From Candidatus Heimdallarchaeota archaeon (lineage in GTDB: Archaea > Asgardarchaeota > Heimdallarchaeia > JABLTI01): a stretch of DNA of 32,000 nucleotides. Of this stretch, positions 25,559 to 32,000 are shown piece after piece. The notes beneath the pieces were generated by a model. It searched no databases. It was not told the DNA's origin and saw nothing but the letters and a program-made list of their open reading frames with translations. The DNA lies in the NCBI GenBank assembly GCA_030614005.1, contig JAUWKS010000003.1:1-32000 (forward strand), given 5' to 3'. The position numbers were made by a program, and so were the translations under genes. How positions within the stretch are numbered: position 1 is the first letter of the stretch; each line of letters starts with the position of its first letter.

Positions 25559-28267
25559 TTAATCTTCAGGGGGTATTGAATCCTCTTCAGCTTGCGAAGT
25601 TTCTTCTAAAGCTTTTTGTGCTTTAGCTATATTATCTTCTTTATTATCTTCTTCCTTAGAAAATTCCATTTCACGTTCAACTAAAACATCTAGAATTTTA
25701 AGTGAAAGCGTTTGGCAATGATCAATAATTCGTTCTGCTTCTAAAGTATCAACATAGAGTTGTTCCTCAGAGCCTTTGATTAATGGAAGAATAATTGAAT
25801 TCCAAATCCCTTTGGCTTCTGTGAAGAGTATTTGCGCATCAGTAGCAAATTCAGTTAATCCTTCTCGAGATGCTGTATCTAAGGTATGAGGAGTCATTTT
25901 TTTGTTTAATAAATCCTCTAATTCTTTTTCATACCCTAATAAAATAGTGATAGTCTTTTTCATTTCTTCTTTCTTTTGATCAATGACTGAAGGAGCTACT
26001 TCTTCTCTCTTCTTTGGAAGGTCAATTGTTAGCTCTTGAACTGGTTCCTCTGGTACCTCCGTTGGAATATCTGCTGCAAGCTCTGTTTCAGAAATAACCA
26101 ATGTATCAGCATCCTCTTGACTTGATCTCATTGTCTCGTCAAATCGTTTCTTTGCTGCTACTTCGATATTATCTCGTTCAGTTTTCTCCCAGGACATTTT
26201 GCGACCTTTAGCCTCTTCACCAGCAAACAATTCTGATTCTTGTCGTTCTAATTCTTTTTTATGTGAAGACTTCTTAGGTCTGAACTGTCTAGCAACTAGA
26301 AATGAGAACGTTAAGAATAATGCAATTGTTGCTACGCAGATTATTACTATGAACATAATTTGAGCGTAATCAATGGGTTCAGCGACGCTTGGGGGGAAAG
26401 ACTCTGGATCTAAAGGATCAGTACCATAATTTACTTCAATACCATCATTAAAACCATCCCCGTCGGTATCTGGATTTGTAGGGTCGGTCCAAATACGTGA
26501 TTCAAAATCAGTTGTGAGACCATCCCCGTCTAGATCTAAATCAACGTTATCAGCAACAAGTGGATTTAACCCAAACTTAACTTCATACCCATCAGAGAGA
26601 GTGTCTCCATCCGAATCAAAATTAAGTGGATCAGTTTGATAATCATTAACTTCTTCTCCATCTAATAGAAAGTCACCATCTGTATCTGCTAGATGAGGAT
26701 CCGTTCCTTCTTGATATTCTTCAAGATTTGTTAACCCATCTTCATCAGCATCAACAGAAGCATCTGTGCTATTTGTTGGATTAAGATTTTCTAAGATTTC
26801 ATAATCATCAGGCATACCATCGGAGTCTGTATCACTTAGCAGTGGATTTGTTCCGTAGATTAAAATTTCATTTCCATCTGAGATGGTATCTCCGTCTGTA
26901 TCACTTAGTAGTGGATTAGTTCCATAAATTGCTTCATCTAAATCAGAAAGTCCGTCTCCGTCCGTATCGATGGAACCATAGACAATATATGCTTCTGTTG
27001 TAAGTTGGTATCGTTCTACATAGGCAATGTAATAACTACCAAACTTATCAATTGTGATTGATGGATCATGAGCGATACTAGAGGATGAGCTTATTCTTTT
27101 TTCTAAACCCCAATTATTAGCAGCATTTTTCTGTTTAAGATAGACTAGTGAATCTCCGGAAATATCTGATTCAAATACAACAATACTATTACCTTTTTGA
27201 TCTACAGCAATTCCGAAATCACTATCATCAACTGCATAGGAATGAATGGATGTTGGTGAAGACCAAGCACCTGCTGCAGCTTTTGCTTGAGCAGTAATGT
27301 AATAGATATTGTTGGTTGTTCCATTATCTCTGAAAATAACTTCGATATTTTTACTATAATTGTTAAAGGCAATTACGGGGTCAATAGGCGAGTAAGCGAC
27401 ATTAGTGATTTTCTCTTCAGACGTCCAAACTGATCCGTTCTCTGAGTAGCAATAATATAATTCTTGCTCACTTGCTCTGCTATCTGACCAGATTAAATGA
27501 AGCGTATCGTTGTTATCAACCGTTAAACCGAGCTGTGTTCCAGCAGCAATTTCTGCTCCGTTAGTAATTCGGATAATTGGTGTATCCCAAAGACCTGTTG
27601 TAGCATTATATTTTGTATAATAAAGATCTCCTAGAGCATTATCAGTTGTGTCTCTCCATACTAAATGTACCAAACCAACACTATCAGTTATTGTCATTGG
27701 ATTTTCAGCATCACCACTGTTTGCTGTTAGACTAGTTTTTGCTCCAATAGTAAAATCATCTTCAACAATTCTTTCTTGCAACTCAAAATCATCCAGAGGA
27801 GCTTCATCCTCCTCAAACACAAAATGAATGGATCCGTTAAAATCTGGAGTAGGATTGTAGCCACTTGGTAGTGCAGCTAACACAGTATCAATTACTAATG
27901 GATCTGACCAAGAACTGCTACTATTACCAATAGAGAAATAGATAGTACTTACTGGGCTTGTATCTGGATTGATAATATCGATCCATGAAACTCCTACCAT
28001 TCCTGTTAAAGGACTATAGCTTACTCGAGAATGAGATGAATTTGTTCCTGTATTAGAAATTCTTTCACCATCAGTAACAATGACTGCATTTGGATTGTAT
28101 GTGACTGCTAATGGTTCTTCAAAATCTAAAGGACTAACTCCAATAGTATTTGGTGATTCATCAAACCCCTGAATAGCAATTGGTAGTACTAAACAAATAA
28201 ACAAAACAAAAATAAAGGTAAGATAAGTTAACCTTTTCATTCCAGCTAAAGTAATTTTTGATGACAC
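25559..28267 (-). CDS. Type I membrane protein: signal peptide, beta-rich repeat ectodomain, Ca-binding DxDGDG repeats, TM helix, ~240-aa cytoplasmic tail
   Basis: Hydrophobic N-terminal segment; repeated H-L-V-W/IVVFE/YIAYVE strands; eight D(T)DGDG-type repeats; TM YAQIMFIVIICVATIALFLTFSFLVA followed by RQFRPKK. Confidence 0.85.
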   Translation of the reverse strand: MSSKITLAGMKRLTYLTFIFVLFICLVLPIAIQGFDESPNTIGVSPLDFEEPLAVTYNPNAVIVTDGERISNTGTNSSHSRVSYSPLTGMVGVSWIDIINPDTSPVSTIYFSIGNSSSSWSDPLVIDTVLAALPSGYNPTPDFNGSIHFVFEEDEAPLDDFELQERIVEDDFTIGAKTSLTANSGDAENPMTITDSVGLVHLVWRDTTDNALGDLYYTKYNATTGLWDTPIIRITNGAEIAAGTQLGLTVDNNDTLHLIWSDSRASEQELYYCYSENGSVWTSEEKITNVAYSPIDPVIAFNNYSKNIEVIFRDNGTTNNIYYITAQAKAAAGAWSSPTSIHSYAVDDSDFGIAVDQKGNSIVVFESDISGDSLVYLKQKNAANNWGLEKRISSSSSIAHDPSITIDKFGSYYIAYVERYQLTTEAYIVYGSIDTDGDGLSDLDEAIYGTNPLLSDTDGDTISDGNEILIYGTNPLLSDTDSDGMPDDYEILENLNPTNSTDASVDADEDGLTNLEEYQEGTDPHLADTDGDFLLDGEEVNDYQTDPLNFDSDGDTLSDGYEVKFGLNPLVADNVDLDLDGDGLTTDFESRIWTDPTNPDTDGDGFNDGIEVNYGTDPLDPESFPPSVAEPIDYAQIMFIVIICVATIALFLTFSFLVARQFRPKKSSHKKELERQESELFAGEEAKGRKMSWEKTERDNIEVAAKKRFDETMRSSQEDADTLVISETELAADIPTEVPEEPVQELTIDLPKKREEVAPSVIDQKKEEMKKTITILLGYEKELEDLLNKKMTPHTLDTASREGLTEFATDAQILFTEAKGIWNSIILPLIKGSEEQLYVDTLEAERIIDHCQTLSLKILDVLVEREMEFSKEEDNKEDNIAKAQKALEETSQAEEDSIPPED
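26405..26968 (-). repeat. Tandem thrombospondin type 3-like Ca-binding repeats within the membrane protein
   Basis: Eight DxDxD(G)xxDxxE...GTxP units. Two adjacent units 69 nt apart (26825-26861 and 26894-26930) match at 33 of 37 nt. Confidence 0.85.
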
Positions 28268-28506
28268 TTTTCAGACTTCCTACTCAGTTTAGTATTTAGA
28301 CTATGGGAAAAAAAAGCTTTTTATAGTGAACATTAGAGGTAAAATGATAAGATATCAGTTTAGTAGCTAATTGATAGTGCAAAGCTATTTTCATTCCTAG
28401 TTAATTTAAAGAACGGAGTATAGGAAAACTTCTTAAAACAATTTCAAGGGTTGGAGAAATAGTTAATAAACACTTTGTTGTGCAAATAGAAAATAAGGTG
28501 CAAATA

Positions 28507-29007
28507 ATGGCTAATCAAGAAATTAAAGTACTCGTCGAAGGTGGAAAAGCATCTCCCGCACCACCATTAGGTCCAGCATTAGGACCAACTGGAGTAAATA
28601 TCGGTCAAGTAATCAGTCAAATTAATCAACAAACCTCTAATTATAGAGGAATGAAGGTTCCTGTTACAATCACTATTAAACCAGACAGATCATTTGAGCT
28701 TAAAGTAGGTATACCAACAACAAGTGGTTTAGTACTAAAAGAAGCAAAATTATCCAAAGGTGGACACGGTTCTACAGAGGAAACTCCAGAAGAACCTTTC
28801 ATTGGTAACATTACCATGCAGCAAGTATTGAATATTGCTGATGTTAAAAGAGCAGGAAGTATTGCAACAACAACAAAAACCCTATGCAAAGAAATATTGG
28901 GTACTGTTTTAAGTGCAAAAGTTTCATGTGAAGGTAAAGATCCACGTGAAGTTCAAAAAGACATTGACAAAGGTGTCTATGACAAGCTCTTTGCTGGCAA
29001 AGAGTAA
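28507..29007 (+). CDS. rpl11: 50S ribosomal protein uL11
   Basis: VLVEGGKASPAPPLGPALGP.GVNI, GMKVPV, IPTTSGL, KEILGTVLS; AGGTG 6 nt upstream of ATG 28507. Confidence 0.96.
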   Translation: MANQEIKVLVEGGKASPAPPLGPALGPTGVNIGQVISQINQQTSNYRGMKVPVTITIKPDRSFELKVGIPTTSGLVLKEAKLSKGGHGSTEETPEEPFIGNITMQQVLNIADVKRAGSIATTTKTLCKEILGTVLSAKVSCEGKDPREVQKDIDKGVYDKLFAGKE

Positions 29008-29057
29008 ATACTGACACCACCCATACTTTTATTTTTCAAAAGCTTTTGATTCTCTTA

Positions 29058-29083
29058 TTGAGCATAGTTTGTTTTATGCTCAA
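29058..29083. repeat. 9-bp inverted repeat between rpl11 and the acyl-CoA synthetase gene
   Basis: TTGAGCATA / TATGCTCAA with an 8-nt loop. Confidence 0.45.
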
Positions 29084-29189
29084 AATGAGCTGAATAAAAA
29101 TGAACATCCCAAATACAAATCTAGGCAGACGAATGGATAAAAACTCCATTCACAAAACCTCTCTATTTGGGCACTTAAATAAAAAATCG

Positions 29190-29208
29190 GTTCTAATTAA
29201 TTTAGAAC
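29190..29208. promoter_or_regulatory. Palindromic operator candidate in the acyl-CoA synthetase promoter
   Basis: GTTCTAA-N5-TTAGAAC just downstream of TATA-like CTTAAATA (29174-29181) and upstream of the ribosome-binding site. Confidence 0.4.
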
Positions 29209-29230
29209 TATCGAGAAAGAGGTGTAAAAA

Positions 29231-31378
29231 ATTTCAAAACATCCCGGCCTGAAATTCATGTTCAAGCCAAAAAGTATAGCCGTTATCGGAGCCTCCGCAA
29301 AACCAGGGAAAATAGGTTATGAAATAATGGATAATATTCTCTCCTATGGTTATAAAGGAGAACTGTATCCGATCAATCTAAAAGAAACAGAGATTTTAGG
29401 TAAAAAATGCTATAAAGCAATAGCAGACGTACCTGGTGAAATTGATTTTGTTATAATCTCTATTCCAGCAAAATATGTTCCTGCTGTTTTCGAAGACTGT
29501 GGTAAAAAAGGTGTGAAATCTGCAGCAATAATTACAAGTGGTTTCGGTGAGGTTGGAGATCATGAAACTGAAAATCGTCTTGTTGAAATTGCTGAAAAGT
29601 ATAATATGCCATTTATTGGTCCTAACATTTTTGGTATAGTATACGCTCCAGCAAATATCAATGCATCATTTGGTCCTGCAGATGTAAAACCAGGTAAATT
29701 GGCTTTCATTACGCAGAGCGGAGCATTAGGTATTGCACTTATGGGTTGGACAATTACAAATAAAATTGGTCTCTCATCAATCATTAGCATTGGAAACAAA
29801 GCTCAAATTGGTGAAAGTGAACTTCTGGAGAGCTTTTTGAAAGATGATCCAAATACAAAAGCAATTTTGCTATATGTTGAAGGTTTAATTGATGGCAGAC
29901 AATCAATGAAAACATTCAAAGAAGTTGGCTTGAAGAAACCAATTATAGCATTAAAATCCGGACGATCAAAACGAGGAGCAGCTGCTGCTGCAAGTCACAC
30001 AGGAAGTTTAGCTGGTGCAGATAACATTTATTCTGCAGCATTCAAACAATGTGGTGTTCTCAGAGCGATAGATGCTTCTGAAGCTTTTGACTGGGCCCGA
30101 TGTATTACGAATAATCCTCGACCTAAAGGAAAGAATGTTGTTATCATTACTAATGGTGGTGGAGTAGGCGTAATGGCAACTGATGCATGTGAGGACAATG
30201 ATTTAGAACTTTACAACGATCAGGAAAAACTCAAAGAATTATTCTTCAAAACAGAGATTATGCCACCTTTTGGGTCCACAAAGAATCCCGTAGACATCAC
30301 TGGTGGTGGTGGAGAATTAGCTTACAAAAAAGCAATTGAAGCGGCTTTCAATGCTAAAGAAATTCATTCTATTGTTGTTCTTTATTGTCAAACCGCAACG
30401 ACAAATCCAGATTTGTTGGCTGATTATATTATTGAAGTTGTAAAGAAAAACAACAACAAAAAACCATTTGTTATAGCAAATATAGGTGGAGAAGCAGTAG
30501 AAACCATGATTGACAAACTAAATGAAAATGACCTCTCCGCGTACGACCTGCCCGAAAAAGCTATTTCTTCATTGAGTGCACTATACAGATGGTCTGATTT
30601 CATAGACAGACACGAAAAACAAGGGAAAACTAAACCACTAAAATTACCAATTCCACAGATCAAAGCAATCATTGACAATATCAGAAAGGAAGGCAGAATT
30701 CAAATGCTCGAACATGAATCCAAACAAATTTTCAAATTGATTGGTTTAAATGTTCCTCCCTTCGCACTAGCACAAACCGTTGACGAAGCACAAAAATTTG
30801 CTCAAGAGGTTGGGTATCCAGTTGTTATGAAGATTGTTTCTGAAGATATTATCCATAAAAGTGATGCCGGAGGAGTAGTAGTTGGACCAAAAAATGCTCG
30901 AGAAGTTGATGAAGCATTTAACAAGATTTTAACAAATGCCAAAAACTACAAAGCAGACGCAAATATTCGTGGTGTATTCATCTCCCAAATGGTACCAAAA
31001 GCAACAGAAGTCATTGTAGGTGTAACTCGAGATCCAACCTTTGGACCAGTAGTAATGTTTGGTTTAGGTGGTATCTTCGTAGAAATAATGAAAGATGTTG
31101 TCTTCAGAGTTGCTCCATTCCCAAAGGACGAAGCAAGACATATGATAGATGAAATAAAAAGCAAACCAATGCTCTATGGAGCTAGAGGAACAAAACCCGC
31201 AGATATTGATGCTTTAGTAGAAACCATCTATATAATTAGTCAGCTAGTATCTCAAGTGGATGATATTAAAGAATTAGACATCAACCCACTCTTTGCACTA
31301 GAAAAAGGCGCAAGTGCTGTCGATGCTCGAATTACTTTAACAGAGAAAATCTATCCAAATGACATTCAAACAAAATGA
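29231..31378 (+). CDS. Acetate/acyl-CoA ligase (ADP-forming), fused alpha-beta subunits
   Basis: PKSIAVIGAS...GKIG, GPNIFG, SQ/TQSGALG, phospho-His motif SHTGSLAG, NPVDITG, ATP-grasp HKSDAGGV...DPTFGP...ELDINP. First ATG is 29258; a possible ATT start lies at 29231. Confidence 0.93.
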   Translation: MSKHPGLKFMFKPKSIAVIGASAKPGKIGYEIMDNILSYGYKGELYPINLKETEILGKKCYKAIADVPGEIDFVIISIPAKYVPAVFEDCGKKGVKSAAIITSGFGEVGDHETENRLVEIAEKYNMPFIGPNIFGIVYAPANINASFGPADVKPGKLAFITQSGALGIALMGWTITNKIGLSSIISIGNKAQIGESELLESFLKDDPNTKAILLYVEGLIDGRQSMKTFKEVGLKKPIIALKSGRSKRGAAAAASHTGSLAGADNIYSAAFKQCGVLRAIDASEAFDWARCITNNPRPKGKNVVIITNGGGVGVMATDACEDNDLELYNDQEKLKELFFKTEIMPPFGSTKNPVDITGGGGELAYKKAIEAAFNAKEIHSIVVLYCQTATTNPDLLADYIIEVVKKNNNKKPFVIANIGGEAVETMIDKLNENDLSAYDLPEKAISSLSALYRWSDFIDRHEKQGKTKPLKLPIPQIKAIIDNIRKEGRIQMLEHESKQIFKLIGLNVPPFALAQTVDEAQKFAQEVGYPVVMKIVSEDIIHKSDAGGVVVGPKNAREVDEAFNKILTNAKNYKADANIRGVFISQMVPKATEVIVGVTRDPTFGPVVMFGLGGIFVEIMKDVVFRVAPFPKDEARHMIDEIKSKPMLYGARGTKPADIDALVETIYIISQLVSQVDDIKELDINPLFALEKGASAVDARITLTEKIYPNDIQTK

Positions 31379-31412
31379 GTGAATCGTTTTCACTCGTTCT
31401 TTTCTATTTTTC
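31377..31412 (+). terminator. Hairpin plus T-rich tract after the acyl-CoA ligase stop
   Basis: GAGTGAA-N5-TTCACTC followed by GTTCTTTTCTATTTTT. Confidence 0.5.
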
Positions 31413-31551
31413 AAGTATAGAAAGCTTAATTTTGAGCAAATGGTAATGAGAAATGAAAGTTGCAATTCTATGAGATGTTCGATAATTTTAATAATCGGTT
31501 TGAATTGAGCAATAGACGATAAATGAATGCTAGCAAAGGTGGGTCTCGAAA

Positions 31552-32000
31552 ATATACAAATTCAGCTATCAAAGTGGGTTGTTTTTAGAATTTTCTAATA
31601 ACCAGAAGGTAATGATTGATAGTAAGAATGTCAAAATACCACTAAAAGTAAACGCAATTGTGACACATGCGCATTCAGATCACTTTGCAGCGATGAATTC
31701 GTATTCTCCAACATTTGCAACACAAGCAACAATTGATCTTTTCAACAATTTAAAGAAAACAAAAACACGAAGTAATTTTATCCCAGTAGAATTTAATGAA
31801 CAATTAAAACTACAACCTGACACACCAGATGTGAAAATTTCTTTCATACCGTCGGGACATATTCTTGGATCTGCATCTGTAATCGTTGAAAATGATAATA
31901 GCAGATTACTATTCTCAGGAGATGTAGGAGGGAAGGGACAATTAACTTCATTAGCACCACTGAAAGCTGTTCAAGCAGATATTCTGGTTGTAGAAGCAAC
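31552..32000 (+). CDS. Metallo-beta-lactamase/beta-CASP family nuclease, truncated by the window end
   Basis: Open frame from 31534 to the window end: VMID...THAHSDH...GHILGSAS...FSGD...LVVEAT. Start uncertain (ATA 31552, TTG 31579 or ATG 31612). Confidence 0.85.
   Translation, partial: MYKFSYQSGLFLEFSNNQKVMIDSKNVKIPLKVNAIVTHAHSDHFAAMNSYSPTFATQATIDLFNNLKKTKTRSNFIPVEFNEQLKLQPDTPDVKISFIPSGHILGSASVIVENDNSRLLFSGDVGGKGQLTSLAPLKAVQADILVVEA

Noticed and set aside
26405-26968. Periodic repeats as a CRISPR array
   Set aside because: The repeats are in-frame, degenerate at codon third positions and encode Ca-binding motifs; no identical repeats with unique spacers.
730-31164. Numerous short antisense or alternate-frame ORFs in the track (e.g. 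730..927, 924..1175, 4858..5136, 10128..10451, 11523..12050, 23280..23639, 30946..31164)
   Set aside because: They are shadows of well-supported genes, with the Ser/Ile/Phe-rich composition typical of antisense frames and no motifs or ribosome-binding sites.

Overview
AT-rich archaeal chromosomal segment, most likely from an Asgard archaeon. The archaeal call rests on PolD small subunit DP1, a DGGGP synthase-like prenyltransferase, archease and archaeal uL11. The Asgard call is an inference from a strongly eukaryote-like GTPBP1/2 GTPase and a large receptor-like surface protein. From left to right the window holds: tRNA-Ser(UGA); a small accessory patch (broken GyrI-like gene, VOC protein, MFS transporter, possible 35-aa peptide, degenerate MazG-like protein, ~100-nt structured element); archease-DP1-UbiA; a minus-strand cluster (coiled-coil protein, GTPBP, thioredoxin reductase, coiled-coil protein); a MoxR AAA+/VWA pair and a tandem C2H2 zinc-finger protein; a co-oriented block of methanopterin-pathway genes (DmrX-like, dihydropteroate-synthase-like) with gcvH-gcvPA-gcvPB but no gcvT or gcvL; a NAD-kinase-like gene; prolyl oligopeptidase; a macrodomain protein; a 902-aa type I membrane protein with Ca-binding repeats; a solitary rpl11; a fused ADP-forming acyl-CoA synthetase that may start at ATT; and a truncated beta-CASP metallo-beta-lactamase. 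No CRISPR array, rRNA, integrase or transposase was seen. All family assignments come from motif recognition by eye; no database searches were run.
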